Assembly (NCBI GenBank): GCA_964527115.1 | Contig: CAZGPK010000002.1 | Location: 20,765 to 84,764, forward strand | From: an uncultured Gammaproteobacteria bacterium | GTDB lineage: Bacteria > Patescibacteriota > Microgenomatia > UBA12405 > CAZGPK01 | Length of the DNA: 64,000 bases | Reading direction: 5' to 3' | Shown here: in pieces, positions 8,923-18,345 of the stretch | Numbering within the stretch: the first letter of the stretch is position 1 | Layout: every line of letters starts with the position of its first letter | Program-made: the position numbers and the translations under genes | The notes under the pieces: generated by a model | What the model saw: the letters and a program-made list of their open reading frames with translations, nothing else | Told to the model about the DNA's origin: nothing | The model's database searches: none

Positions 8923-9369
8923 ATGATGAGCAGGAGGCCAAAAATTCCAGCTAGAGAGGAATTGGAAAAGCGGTTGGAAGGGGGGGTGGGTAAAAGGGGT
9001 GGAGCAATGATGCTTAGACATGGGGAGGATTCTGTTTTGGGGAAAATGCCGAATATTTCAGCGGAGCAGATAGAGCAGGCAAAGAGAGAGGGGGAGGAAG
9101 AACTTTCACAGTTAAGAGAAAATACTAGCAGGGGTCGTGATGTGGAAGCGGAGATCAAAATGGTGCGGGAGAAAAGACAAGAGGAGGAGGGAGAGAAAGA
9201 AAAAGAGGAGAAAATGATGGAAGAGATGGAGAGACAAAGGGCGGCAGAAGAGGCAGAAATGGCAAGGGATGCAGAACCGGCAGGAAAAAGGGCTAGAGGA
9301 TCTGCTTTTGTGAGAAAAAAGCAGCAGCAGAGCAAGGGAACAGGAGAAATGATTAAAAGTCAGAAATGA
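8923..9369 (+). CDS. hypothetical highly charged (Glu/Lys/Arg-rich) protein
   Basis: 148 aa, low complexity, no recognisable domain; downstream of recR and co-oriented. Confidence 0.3.
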   Translation: MMSRRPKIPAREELEKRLEGGVGKRGGAMMLRHGEDSVLGKMPNISAEQIEQAKREGEEELSQLRENTSRGRDVEAEIKMVREKRQEEEGEKEKEEKMMEEMERQRAAEEAEMARDAEPAGKRARGSAFVRKKQQQSKGTGEMIKSQK

Positions 9370-9503
9370 AAAAACTCTTGTAAAGTTGGGGAACTCGTGT
9401 TAAGATTTTTTCTAGTTTTTAGATTGTTGTTGGGGAAATTTAGTTAATTTTAAAGAAAAAGAAAAGAAAAAAAGAGAAATACCTAAGAGAGGAATGGGTT
9501 TTT

Positions 9504-9794
9504 ATGGAAAAAAAATACGAATTGGTTTTGGTTTTTGACAAGGATTTGGAAAAAAAAGAGAGGGAGGTAGTGTTGGGAATTGTAGAAGGTTGGAGTAAGG
9601 GAAAGGGGTTAACCATTAAGGAAAAGAATGATTTAGGGGTGAAGTCGCTTGTTTACGAGATGAAAGGCAAAAGGGAAGCTGGTTTTTGGCAGTTGTTTTT
9701 AACAGGAAAGGTAGTTTGTTTTGATGAGCTTAGTGTGATGTTAAATCGAGATGAGCGAGTTTGGCGGCATTTGATTTTAAAATCTACAGTTTAA
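9504..9794 (+). CDS. rpsF: 30S ribosomal protein S6
   Basis: YELVLVF...GKREAGFWQLFL; first gene of the conserved rpsF-ssb-rpsR arrangement. Confidence 0.8.
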   Translation: MEKKYELVLVFDKDLEKKEREVVLGIVEGWSKGKGLTIKEKNDLGVKSLVYEMKGKREAGFWQLFLTGKVVCFDELSVMLNRDERVWRHLILKSTV

Positions 9795-9814
9795 TTTTTT
9801 AAAGGAGACGATAA

Positions 9815-10411
9815 ATGGCAACAAGATCACTTAACAGGGTAACTTTAATTGGTAATTTAACCCGAGATCCCGAACTTCGTTATACCCCAAGCGGTATGGC
9901 GGTTTGTTCTTTTGGATTGGCGACTAATCGGAGTTGGACCACGCAGCAGGGTGAGAAAAAAGAGGATGTTCAGTTTCACAAAATTGTGGCTTGGAATAGA
10001 TTGGCGGAGCTTTGTGCCCAGCTTTTGAAAAAAGGACGAAGAGTTTTTGTGGGTGGGCGTTTACAATACCGTGAATGGGTCGGGTCTGATGAAGTGAAGC
10101 GACAAACAACAGAGGTAGTGATAGATGATATGATTATTTTGGATTCTAAGGGAGCCCCTGATCAGGCAGTTGCAGCAAGTGGAGGAGAAGTAATAGTTGA
10201 AGAGACGGCAACAGAAGAAGTAGGCGAGGACTATGCCTTTATGGATGATGTTTCTGAAGAGCTGGGGAAAATAGAGCCGGTGGAAAAGGAGTCTTTGGAG
10301 CCAGCGGAGCCGGCGGAGTCGGAGGTTGAAAAGACAGGGGAAGGAGAGACTGAAGAGAAGGAAGAAGTTAAAAAACCGGAAGACAAGCCGGAAGAGGAGA
10401 TGCCCTTTTAA
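9815..10411 (+). CDS. ssb: single-stranded DNA-binding protein
   Basis: OB fold (NRVTLIGNLTRDPELRYTPSGMAVCSF) and an acidic C-terminal tail ending EEEMPF. Confidence 0.9.
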   Translation: MATRSLNRVTLIGNLTRDPELRYTPSGMAVCSFGLATNRSWTTQQGEKKEDVQFHKIVAWNRLAELCAQLLKKGRRVFVGGRLQYREWVGSDEVKRQTTEVVIDDMIILDSKGAPDQAVAASGGEVIVEETATEEVGEDYAFMDDVSEELGKIEPVEKESLEPAEPAESEVEKTGEGETEEKEEVKKPEDKPEEEMPF

Positions 10412-10434
10412 TTTTAGAGGGGAAAATAAGAAAA

Positions 10435-10695
10435 ATGGTAGGCAAAACAAAGAATAAAAGAGGGGGGAAATTTAAAAGAGCAAGAGTAAAGCAAAATTGC
10501 CCTTTTTGTCGGGGAGAATGGCAGTTACACTGGACTCAGTCAGAAAAACTGCAGCAATTCTTGTCAGTGAGGGGGCGGATTTTGGCTAAGGTGTATACCG
10601 GAGTTTGTGCTAAACATCAGCGACGTTTGACAGAAACAATTAAGCAAGCGAGGCATTTAGCCCAGCTTCCCTTTGTAACCGGGCGAGAGAGCTAA
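10435..10695 (+). CDS. rpsR: 30S ribosomal protein S18
   Basis: CPFC..., LSVRGRILAKVYTGVCAKHQRRLTETIKQARHLAQLPF. Confidence 0.9.
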   Translation: MVGKTKNKRGGKFKRARVKQNCPFCRGEWQLHWTQSEKLQQFLSVRGRILAKVYTGVCAKHQRRLTETIKQARHLAQLPFVTGRES

Positions 10696-10746
10696 AAATC
10701 AGGGAAATTTGTTTTGAGGAACTTAAGTTGTTAAACTTGAGTTCAG

Positions 10747-11256
10747 ATGAGTAAAAAACAATTGGGGAAGGAGGATTGGGTAGAATGGGAATTTGCCTTG
10801 GCTTTGGGTGATAAGGTTTTAGTCAAAGAGGGAGAGAAAGTGCTGCGAGGTGGAGTCTTGTGGAAGGGGAAAGAGGGTGAATTTTTGGCGCCGGTTTCTT
10901 TAAAGATAGAGAGAATAGGAACGGATAAATTGCTGGTAGCTTTTCGGGCTTTTGAAGTTGAGGCGCGAGAATTGGTTGGAGGAGAGATTTTTGGTGTTTG
11001 GCAAAGGGAGATTTTTTGGGGAGGGGAATTTGGATGGACGGATTGGTATCGGGCTTTGGCTTGTAACAGGAGGGGTTTAGTCTTTTTTGGAGACGAGATG
11101 CCCGATTTTTCTTTTTCAAGAGAAGAAGGTTTGGTGGCGGTTTTAGTGGAAAATCAGCGGCGCTCGGGACTGGCTTCTGTTTTGGAGCTTATGAAGGAGC
11201 CGGTTATTTTTTTGAGATCTGGACCAAAAAAGGCTAGTCTTTTTTTAACAGAGTAG
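10747..11256 (+). CDS. hypothetical protein at the position normally held by rplI (L9); only weak N-terminal L9 resemblance
   Basis: 169 aa; the segment LGDKVLVKEGEKVLRGG weakly recalls the L9 N-domain; no confident family. Confidence 0.3.
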   Translation: MSKKQLGKEDWVEWEFALALGDKVLVKEGEKVLRGGVLWKGKEGEFLAPVSLKIERIGTDKLLVAFRAFEVEARELVGGEIFGVWQREIFWGGEFGWTDWYRALACNRRGLVFFGDEMPDFSFSREEGLVAVLVENQRRSGLASVLELMKEPVIFLRSGPKKASLFLTE

Positions 11257-11267
11257 TATAGTAGGTA

Positions 11268-12482
11268 ATGGTATTTCAGAAAGACGGAAATATTTTTTTA
11301 AAAAGATTGCGTTATTTTTGTCTGTTTTTGACGGTTTTGTGGTTGGCGGCTTGGGGAGGGTTTGAGATTGGAAAGAGGGAGGGAGGGAAGAATAGCTTGG
11401 GGCTTGATTTGGAGCTGGTTTGGCAGGTGAAAGGAAGACTTGAGGAAACTTATTTGGACAAAGACAAACTGGACGAGAAAGAAATGGTTTATGGTTTGGC
11501 ACAGGGCTTGGTTTCTTCACTTGAGGATCCTTATACTGTTTTTTTAAGTCCTAAAGAGAATCAGAGGAACCAGGAAGATTTAGCGGGGGAGTTTGGAGGT
11601 GTGGGGATGCAATTGGGGTATAGAGAGGAGACACTGGCTGTTGTTTCACCACTTAAAGGGACGCCAGCGGAGAAGGCGGGGGTGAAGGCAGGGGATTTAA
11701 TTTTGAAAATTGTGGACGAGGAGGCAGGGATAGACCGGGATACGAGAGGAATAAGCTTGCCGGAGGCAGTAGAGCTTATTAGGGGAAAGGAAGGGAGTGA
11801 GGTTAAGATTACCTTTTTTAGAGAGGGGGGGGATAGCGCTTTTGAAAAGGTAATTAAGCGAGAGCAAATTGTGGTACCTAATTTGGTTTTGGAGTGGAAA
11901 GAAGTGGCAGGAGGAAAAGTGGCAGTAATTGGTCTTAACAGTTTTACAGAGAGGCTTTTTGAAGAATGGCCGGCATTAGTTAATCGGGTTAAAGCTGAGA
12001 CGAATGGGGAGAGCTTGGGAATTATTTTAGATCTTCGCAATAATGCCGGGGGTTTTATGCAAGGGGCAGTGATGGTGGCCTCTGATTTTTTGACTGATGG
12101 GGTAATAGTAAAACAGGAAATGGCAGGGGGGAAAATAGAGACTTATATGGTAGATAAGACGAGAAGGGGATTAGTGGATTTGCCCTTGGTGGTTTTGGTA
12201 AATGCTGGTTCAGCGTCGGCGGCGGAGATTTTGGCTGGGGCCTTAAAAGAGCATGGTCGGGCTCAATTAGTGGGAGAGAAAACATTTGGAAAAGGGACGG
12301 TGCAGCAGCCGGAGATTTTGGAGGATGGTAGTGGTTTGCATATTACCATTGCTCGATGGCTTTTGCCGTCGGGGTTAAATATTCACGATGTAGGAGTGGA
12401 GCCGGATGAGTTGGTGGAGTGGAAGACAGAGAGCGAGGATCCTCAGCTTAAAAAGGCCTTGGAAATTTTAGTAGGCAAGTAG
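11268..12482 (+). CDS. C-terminal processing peptidase (S41 family) with PDZ domain
   Basis: N-terminal TM. PDZ (GVGMQLG...PAEKAGVKAGDLILKI). S41 core (LDLRNNAGGFMQGAVMVASDF...KTFGKGTVQ). Confidence 0.85.
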   Translation: MVFQKDGNIFLKRLRYFCLFLTVLWLAAWGGFEIGKREGGKNSLGLDLELVWQVKGRLEETYLDKDKLDEKEMVYGLAQGLVSSLEDPYTVFLSPKENQRNQEDLAGEFGGVGMQLGYREETLAVVSPLKGTPAEKAGVKAGDLILKIVDEEAGIDRDTRGISLPEAVELIRGKEGSEVKITFFREGGDSAFEKVIKREQIVVPNLVLEWKEVAGGKVAVIGLNSFTERLFEEWPALVNRVKAETNGESLGIILDLRNNAGGFMQGAVMVASDFLTDGVIVKQEMAGGKIETYMVDKTRRGLVDLPLVVLVNAGSASAAEILAGALKEHGRAQLVGEKTFGKGTVQQPEILEDGSGLHITIARWLLPSGLNIHDVGVEPDELVEWKTESEDPQLKKALEILVGK

Positions 12483-12522
12483 GCGAGTCGGGAGTTGACT
12501 GCTTAAAAGAGGTGGAGGTAAA

Positions 12523-13713
12523 ATGATGTATTTTATGAGGAAAGATTGTAATAGATTTTTGGGAAATGGTTTTTGGTTGGGATTGGGGGTGGGGATATTT
12601 TTGGTGGGGGTGCTTTTGGGTGGTGCGGCGGTGGATCGTAGTTTTGGTTTTGATTTTTTGGATCGATGGTTTCCTCCTAGGGTGGCAGAAGATGGAGGGA
12701 CTTTAGCTTTGTTGCCAAAGGGGGTGCTTAATGAGGAGTCGGTGGTGATTGGGGTGGTAGAGGAGGCAACAGTGGCGGTAGTGACAGTAAGTATTTCTAA
12801 AGTTCAGGTGAATCAAGATCTTTTTAAATTTTTCTTTGGATTAGAGCAGGGAGAGGAAAAGCAAGAGCAAATTGAACAGGATATTGGTACGGGGTTTGTA
12901 ATTAGCAAAGATGGTTTAATAGTAACTAATCGTCATGTGGTGGGGGAGATAGGGGCAAAATATAAAGTGGCAACAGCGGATGATCAGGTTTATGAGGTAA
13001 AGGAAATATATCGGGATCCAGTCAATGATTTGGCGATTTTAAAAATAGAGGTTGATGATCTTAAGCCTTTAGAGTTGGGGGATTCAGATAAGCTTAAGGT
13101 GGGACAAATGGTGATAGCAATTGGAACGGCTTTAGGTGAATTTCGGTCGACCGTTACAACGGGAGTGATTTCCGGGTTGGGGAGGGGAATTACGGCTGAG
13201 GCGGCGCTAACAGGTAGTGAACGCTTGGATAATGTGATTCAGGTTGATGCGGCGATAAATCCAGGTAATTCTGGTGGGCCGCTTTTAAATTCGGCTGGGC
13301 AAGTGATTGGAGTGAATGTGGCAGTAGCCAGCGGAAGTGAAAATATTGGCTTTGCGTTGCCGATTAATATTGTGAGGGAGTCAATTGAAAATTTTAAGGC
13401 AACAGGAGAGTTTGAAAGGCCATTTTTAGGAGTAACTTATCGGGTGATTTCAAAAAAGGCGGCGATTTTGAATGAGGTGCCGCAGGGACTTTGGGTACAG
13501 CAGGTGGTGGAGGGAACGCCGGCCGGGAAGGCGGGAATAAAAGAGGGGGATATTATGCTAGAGTTTGACGGGGAAAAGCTAGGAGAGGAGGGAGAAGTGT
13601 TGGTAAAACTTATTAATAAAAAGAAGATAGGGGACGAGGTGCTAGTGAAGATTTGGCGAGAGGGAGAGGAAAAGAGCTTGCGAGTGAAACTTGAGAAAAG
13701 AGTTGAAATTTAG
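12523..13713 (+). CDS. HtrA/DegP-family serine protease (trypsin-like + PDZ)
   Basis: [47 protein letters not shown], and a C-terminal PDZ ([20 protein letters not shown]). Confidence 0.85.
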   Translation: MMYFMRKDCNRFLGNGFWLGLGVGIFLVGVLLGGAAVDRSFGFDFLDRWFPPRVAEDGGTLALLPKGVLNEESVVIGVVEEATVAVVTVSISKVQVNQDLFKFFFGLEQGEEKQEQIEQDIGTGFVISKDGLIVTNRHVVGEIGAKYKVATADDQVYEVKEIYRDPVNDLAILKIEVDDLKPLELGDSDKLKVGQMVIAIGTALGEFRSTVTTGVISGLGRGITAEAALTGSERLDNVIQVDAAINPGNSGGPLLNSAGQVIGVNVAVASGSENIGFALPINIVRESIENFKATGEFERPFLGVTYRVISKKAAILNEVPQGLWVQQVVEGTPAGKAGIKEGDIMLEFDGEKLGEEGEVLVKLINKKKIGDEVLVKIWREGEEKSLRVKLEKRVEI

Positions 13714-14420
13714 TTTTCCGTTAAAACAGAGAGTTCGAGGATAATGTCTTCTAAGTCGCCATTTACAATTTTGTCCAGGCGGTGCCAGGATTTGCCAAGG
13801 CGGTGGTCGGTAACTCGGTTTTGGGGGAAATTATAGGTACGGATTTTATCGGCACGAAGACTTTGGCCAACACTTTTTCGGGTGCTGGCAATTTGTGAGT
13901 CTTTTTCCCCCTCTTCTTCTTGCCAGAGCTTGGCAGCAAGGATTTGCATGGCAATGGCCCGGTTTTGTTGCTGTGAGCGCTCCTGGCGAGCTGAGACAGT
14001 GATGCCGGATGGACGGTGAAAGAGGCGAACAGCAGTGGAAACTTTGTTGACATTTTGGCCACCGTGGCCTCCGGCCCGAAAGGCTTCAAAATCGATATCA
14101 GATTCGTTTACTTTAATTTCACGAGCATCTATTTTGGGAAGGACGACAAGAGAGGCAGTAGAGGTATGGATCCGGCCTCTTTTTTCGGTACTGGGGATAC
14201 GCTGGACGCGGTGGACGCCGGTTTCCAGCTTAAGCTGGTCGTAGACGTCAAAGCCGCTTATTTGAATGACAGAGTCGTCAATGGGAGAGACTTTCCAGCC
14301 GACTTGATTAGCGTAGCGAGTGTACATACGCAAGAGATCATCAGCCCAGATTTTGGCCTCTTCGCCGCCGGGGCCGGGATGGATTTCCAAAATGGCAATG
14401 TTTTTATTAATAGCAACCAT
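13710..14420 (-). CDS. prfA: peptide chain release factor 1 homolog lacking N-terminal domain 1 (domains 2-4 only)
   Basis: GGQ motif ([15 protein letters not shown]). RF1-type PxT anticodon tripeptide ([17 protein letters not shown], versus RF2 SPF). It aligns to E. coli RF1 from about residue 110 to the end. Only about 28 nt separate its ATG from the rpmE stop, and an in-frame stop lies upstream. Confidence 0.8.
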   Translation of the reverse strand: MVAINKNIAILEIHPGPGGEEAKIWADDLLRMYTRYANQVGWKVSPIDDSVIQISGFDVYDQLKLETGVHRVQRIPSTEKRGRIHTSTASLVVLPKIDAREIKVNESDIDFEAFRAGGHGGQNVNKVSTAVRLFHRPSGITVSARQERSQQQNRAIAMQILAAKLWQEEEGEKDSQIASTRKSVGQSLRADKIRTYNFPQNRVTDHRLGKSWHRLDKIVNGDLEDIILELSVLTEN

Positions 14421-14451
14421 AAAATACCAGGCAAAAAATTGAGGTGATTAG

Positions 14452-14772
14452 CTATTTTTTAGCTGAGGAAGGGGAGTTTTTCTTTTTTTTGGAGTGAGAG
14501 GAGACTTGAGAAAAGGAGAGAGTTTCCTTGGCTTGTTTTTTCTTGGCGTGAATCTTTTTTTGATAGGCTTGACCCCTTTCTTGTTTTTCGCGGAAGCGCT
14601 CAATGCGACCTTTGGTATCAATATATTTCATTTCGCCGGTAAAGAGGGGATGACAGGCGGAGCAAATTTCTACCTCTATTTTGGGCAGAGTGGAGCCGGT
14701 GCTAAACTTGTTGCCACAAGTACAGGTGACTTGGCAATCGTCGTAGTATTTAGGATGGATACCAGATTTCAT
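14452..14772 (-). CDS. rpmE: 50S ribosomal protein L31 with Lys-rich C-terminal extension
   Basis: MKSGIHPKYY...CTCG...CSACHPLFTG (C4 zinc ribbon). Confidence 0.85.
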   Translation of the reverse strand: MKSGIHPKYYDDCQVTCTCGNKFSTGSTLPKIEVEICSACHPLFTGEMKYIDTKGRIERFREKQERGQAYQKKIHAKKKQAKETLSFSQVSSHSKKKKNSPSSAKK

Positions 14773-14813
14773 ACAGGGGTAATTATATCAGTCTTTACCT
14801 AAAACTCAAACGT

Positions 14814-16166
14814 TCAAGCGAGAGGGGTTTTGAGGCGGGAAACTATTTGGGGAAAAGTGAGAGTTTTCTGTTGGCCGGTCAACATGTCTTTTAGGCTAAT
14901 AGTGTTGGCTTTGGCCTCATCAGGTCCAATGATGGCAACAAAGGGAATATCTTTTTGGCTGGCGTATTTGAATTGTTTGGGAAGAGGTATGCTTGGATCA
15001 GGGTAAAGCTCGGTGTTAAAGCCAGAGTTCCTTAGGTTTTTGGCGAGGTTAATGGCGGGATTAAGAAGATCGAGGGAAAAAACAGTGACTAGAATAAGGG
15101 TGGCAAGAGGGGAAAAGCCTTTTATTTTTTTGTCTTTTAGGATTTCAATAATTCTTTCGATACCAAAAGAGCCGCCAGAGGCGGGAATGTCACGGCCGGT
15201 GTAAAGGCCGGTTAGCTTATCATAGCGGCCACAGCCGGCAATGGAGCCAATATTTTCATCGGTAATGACAAATTCCCAGACAGGGCCGGTGTAATAACCC
15301 ATACCGCGAATAATGCGGGGGTCAAACTGGTAAAGGCTAGAGGAAACTCCGGCGCTTTTAAGGTAGTCAAGGATGCTTTGAGTTTCAGTAAGGCCTTCTT
15401 GGGTTTTGGCGTCTGAGGGAAGTGTCTTTTTTAGCTTAGCTAGTTTCTCTTCGGAGGAGCCAGAAATGGTGATAATCTCTAGGGCCTTTTGGATGACGGT
15501 AGGGGATATTTGGCGGTTTATTGCGTCTTTTTTGACGGCAATTGGTCCGATTTTTTCCAGCTTATCAAGAGAGATGGCCAGATCGTATTCTTTGTTTTTG
15601 GGAATACCAGAGGCTTGGAAGATACTATTTAAGATTTTGCGATTGTTGATGCGGGCAGAAAAATTTTTAAAGCCCAGGGTTTGGATGGCTTCGATACCCA
15701 TTTGGATAAATTCAGCATCGACAAGGACTGACTTGGTGCCCCAGACATCGGCGTCACACTGGGTGAATTCGCGGAAGCGACCTTTCTGGGTATTTTCAGC
15801 TCGCCAAGCTAGCTGGATTTGGTAGCGCTTGAAGGGAAAAACAAGGGAGTTGTAGTTTTGGGCCACAAAGCGGCAAGCGGGGACAGTCATGTCAAAGCGC
15901 AGGCCAACTTCGCGTCCCCCTTGGTCTTTGAAGATGTAGGCTAGTTGATCCATTTCTCCACCGGCTTTACCCAGGAGAATGTCAGCATATTCTAGGGTGG
16001 GAGTTTCCAGGGGTTGGTAGCCGTATTTTTCAAAGACACGTCTAAAGACGCCGATAACATACTCTCGTAGTTTAGCGTCAGGACCGTAAAAGTCCCGGAA
16101 ACCTTTAAGGGTTCTGGGTTTGATGGTGTTTTTTTTGTCAGTTATTTTTTTTATTTTTTTATTCAT
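14814..16166 (-). CDS. hisS: histidine--tRNA ligase
   Basis: Class II motifs (LKGFRDFYGPDA, FRAENTQKGRFREFTQCDAD, GGRYDKL), C-terminal anticodon-binding domain; adjacent to tRNA-His. Confidence 0.9.
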   Translation of the reverse strand: MNKKIKKITDKKNTIKPRTLKGFRDFYGPDAKLREYVIGVFRRVFEKYGYQPLETPTLEYADILLGKAGGEMDQLAYIFKDQGGREVGLRFDMTVPACRFVAQNYNSLVFPFKRYQIQLAWRAENTQKGRFREFTQCDADVWGTKSVLVDAEFIQMGIEAIQTLGFKNFSARINNRKILNSIFQASGIPKNKEYDLAISLDKLEKIGPIAVKKDAINRQISPTVIQKALEIITISGSSEEKLAKLKKTLPSDAKTQEGLTETQSILDYLKSAGVSSSLYQFDPRIIRGMGYYTGPVWEFVITDENIGSIAGCGRYDKLTGLYTGRDIPASGGSFGIERIIEILKDKKIKGFSPLATLILVTVFSLDLLNPAINLAKNLRNSGFNTELYPDPSIPLPKQFKYASQKDIPFVAIIGPDEAKANTISLKDMLTGQQKTLTFPQIVSRLKTPLA

Positions 16167-16185
16167 TTTTTATTTTTTAAAATAA

Positions 16186-16264
16186 TGGGGGTGGTACACC
16201 GGACTCGAACCGGCAACCTTCTGCTTCACAGGCAGATGCTCTAACCAATTGAGCTAGTACCACC
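16186..16264 (-). tRNA. tRNA-His (anticodon GTG), with encoded G-1 and 3' CCA
   Basis: The reverse complement folds as a cloverleaf: acceptor GGTGGTA(C), D arm GCTC/GAGC, anticodon stem TCTGC/GCAGA with loop CTGTGAA, T arm GCCGG-TTCGAGT-CCGGT. Confidence 0.8.
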
Positions 16265-16278
16265 AGGTAAAAGGACTA

Positions 16279-16303
16279 AAAAACCCGCCTGGCTGGCGGG
16301 GTA
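16279..16303 (-). terminator. rho-independent terminator downstream of the 16416..17171 gene
   Basis: On the minus strand CCCGCCAGCCAGGCGGG forms a 6-bp GC stem, followed by TTTTTTAG. Confidence 0.5.
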
Positions 16304-16415
16304 ATTGGAACATGCAAAAGCCCGCCAAGTTTAAAGGTTGGCGTGATGATGGTTTAAGGGAGCCTTTGCTTTTTCCATTTTGTGATTTTATAGTTTTAGA
16401 CTGGGTAATGTCAAG

Positions 16416-17171
16416 TTATTCAGAGATTGTTGGAGAGGGGGAGGAGGAAGGGATAGTTTCTTCGTTTTCAGCAAGAATCAAGATTTTTTGGGCCAGGACA
16501 GAGCTGCCGTTTTCCGGTTTCTTTTTGTAGACAGCGAGAATTGTTTGCCCTTTGGCTATTTTGAAAGAGGTGGGGGCGGAGTTAACTTCAGCGTTTTTTT
16601 TGAGGTAGATTTTGCTGGCTTTATCAAGGCTTAATTCGAGTTGGGCATCTTTATCTGTCAGGGGAATAAGAAGGATAGTGTTAGTTGTTTGGGAGTAGTC
16701 AGCGACTTGGCCGAGGGAGACTTTTGATAGTTCCTGGAGAGGCTCAATAACAATAATTCTTTTGGCGTCTAGGCTGTCGGGACTGTTTTGGTAACCCATG
16801 ACAAGGATAACTTGGTCGATTTTAAGGTCTTCAAAATTAATTTTTTGGCGGGATTGGTCAATAATAGTTATTTCTGAAGGGAGGAAAGAGATTTTTTTTG
16901 TTTTTGATTGAGGGAAAGTGCTTAGTTCTAAGGTATTTTCTTCCTGATTTATTTGGGTGATGGTGCCGGAGAGGGCAAGTTTTTGATTGGTTTGGGTGAT
17001 TGATTTTAGTTTTTCGGCAACAGCATCTTTAACAGCCGAGCGAATTGATTCAATTTCTCCATTTAGATCTTCTTCTAAATTGCTGCTGGGGGTGCCGGTT
17101 TGAGCCAGAACAGAGAAATTACCAGCAAGAAGAAGGGAGGAAAGAAGGAGTAAGAGCGAGATTTTTTTCAT
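16416..17171 (-). CDS. secreted hypothetical protein
   Basis: Signal peptide (MKKISLLLLLSSLLLAGNFSVLA); no known domain. Confidence 0.4.
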   Translation of the reverse strand: MKKISLLLLLSSLLLAGNFSVLAQTGTPSSNLEEDLNGEIESIRSAVKDAVAEKLKSITQTNQKLALSGTITQINQEENTLELSTFPQSKTKKISFLPSEITIIDQSRQKINFEDLKIDQVILVMGYQNSPDSLDAKRIIVIEPLQELSKVSLGQVADYSQTTNTILLIPLTDKDAQLELSLDKASKIYLKKNAEVNSAPTSFKIAKGQTILAVYKKKPENGSSVLAQKILILAENEETIPSSSPSPTISE

Positions 17172-17177
17172 GGTTTT

Positions 17178-17624
17178 TTAAATTTTGGCGGTGGAAAAAG
17201 TAACAAGGATAGTTTCGGTTTGGATTTGTCCGGCGGGGTTGGTAGCGCTGATATTTATTTGGTTTAGACCCCCTTGAAGCTCAAGCTCAGTTTCGAAGTT
17301 TCCCTTTTCGTCGGGAAGAATAAAATAGGAGTCGGAGTCGGTAACAATAACAATGCTGTTTTCGGGATCAGTTATACCTTCAAGAGTAATTTGGTCTTTG
17401 CTGAAAAGTTCATCTGGTTGGGGAGAGCTAATTTTTAGTTTGACTGTTTGGGAAGAGAGATCGGAAGTGGGGGAAGGTCCGTTGGAAGGGGATCCGGAAG
17501 GTTCTTGAGAGGAAGCTTGGGGAGGAGATGATTTCTTTTGTTGGTTTTTGTACCAGATAAAAGAAGTGGAAGCAAAACCAAGAAGGGAACCAGCCAGAAG
17601 TGCGAAAATAATCTCTTTTTTCAT
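17178..17624 (-). CDS. membrane-anchored/secreted hypothetical protein with Ser/Pro-rich linker
   Basis: N-terminal TM (IIFALLAGSLLGFASTSFIW), an S/P-rich linker, and a beta-rich C-terminus. Confidence 0.4.
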   Translation of the reverse strand: MKKEIIFALLAGSLLGFASTSFIWYKNQQKKSSPPQASSQEPSGSPSNGPSPTSDLSSQTVKLKISSPQPDELFSKDQITLEGITDPENSIVIVTDSDSYFILPDEKGNFETELELQGGLNQINISATNPAGQIQTETILVTFSTAKI

Positions 17625-17703
17625 AGGTTTTTCATATTAGAATATTATCAGACTTAAATCAAGTCGCAAAGGAGGGGGGTGGTTTTTGTGATATGATTGG
17701 TTT

Positions 17704-18345
17704 ATGGAAATTTCTTTTTTGGGACGGTTTTGTTTTTTGGTAAAAGACAAGTCTTTGGGGGTTTTTTTTGATCCCCATGATTTGGCTCTTTTGAAAAAGT
17801 CGGGTTTTTTGTCTTTGGAAAGTGGAATTTTGGCATATAGCAGGGGAGAGTGGGGGCAGGAGTTTGTAAAAAGAGGAGAGGAGACGGGAGAAGAGCTTTT
17901 GTTGGTAGCCGGTCCGGGTGATTATGAAAAAAAAGGAGTAGAGATCAGAGGTTGGTTTAGTGGGACCGGAAAAGGGAAAAATAGTGTTTATCTTTTACGA
18001 ATGGGAGGGGTCAGGCTTTTGAACTTAGGGAAAGTTGAGTTGCCTTTTTCGGAAAAGATCATAGAGGAGGTAGGAGTAGTTGATGTTTTATTTTTACCGT
18101 TGGGAGGGGAGGGAACTGGTTTGGGAGTCAAGGAGGCGGTTAAATTTATCTCTTTGTTTAGTCCTCAGATTGTAATTCCGATGAACTTTGAAGAAGAGGG
18201 AGATGAGGAAACTAAAGGTTTAGCCCGGATGGAGGAATTTTTAAAAGAGATTGATGCGCCAGGATTGAAACCAGTGGAGAAATTGCTGGTGAAGAGTGGA
18301 GAACTGCCGGAAGAAAGACAGATTGTTTGGCTTAAAAGGCATTGA
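17704..18345 (+). CDS. putative metallo-beta-lactamase-fold hydrolase (UPF0173-like)
   Basis: The N-terminus (EISFLGRFCFLVKDKSLGVFFDP) resembles the MKITYLGHSCFLIE...ILIDP start of MBL-fold metal hydrolases; the remainder is weak. Confidence 0.35.
   Translation: MEISFLGRFCFLVKDKSLGVFFDPHDLALLKKSGFLSLESGILAYSRGEWGQEFVKRGEETGEELLLVAGPGDYEKKGVEIRGWFSGTGKGKNSVYLLRMGGVRLLNLGKVELPFSEKIIEEVGVVDVLFLPLGGEGTGLGVKEAVKFISLFSPQIVIPMNFEEEGDEETKGLARMEEFLKEIDAPGLKPVEKLLVKSGELPEERQIVWLKRH

Noticed and set aside
13763-14089. 108-aa minus-strand ORF overlapping prfA in another frame
   Set aside because: Same-strand alternative frame inside prfA; no support.
14016-14447. 143-aa + strand ORF antisense to prfA, and a 69-aa one at 14035..14244
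   Set aside because: Both lie entirely inside the well-supported RF1 gene on the opposite strand; antisense shadow ORFs.
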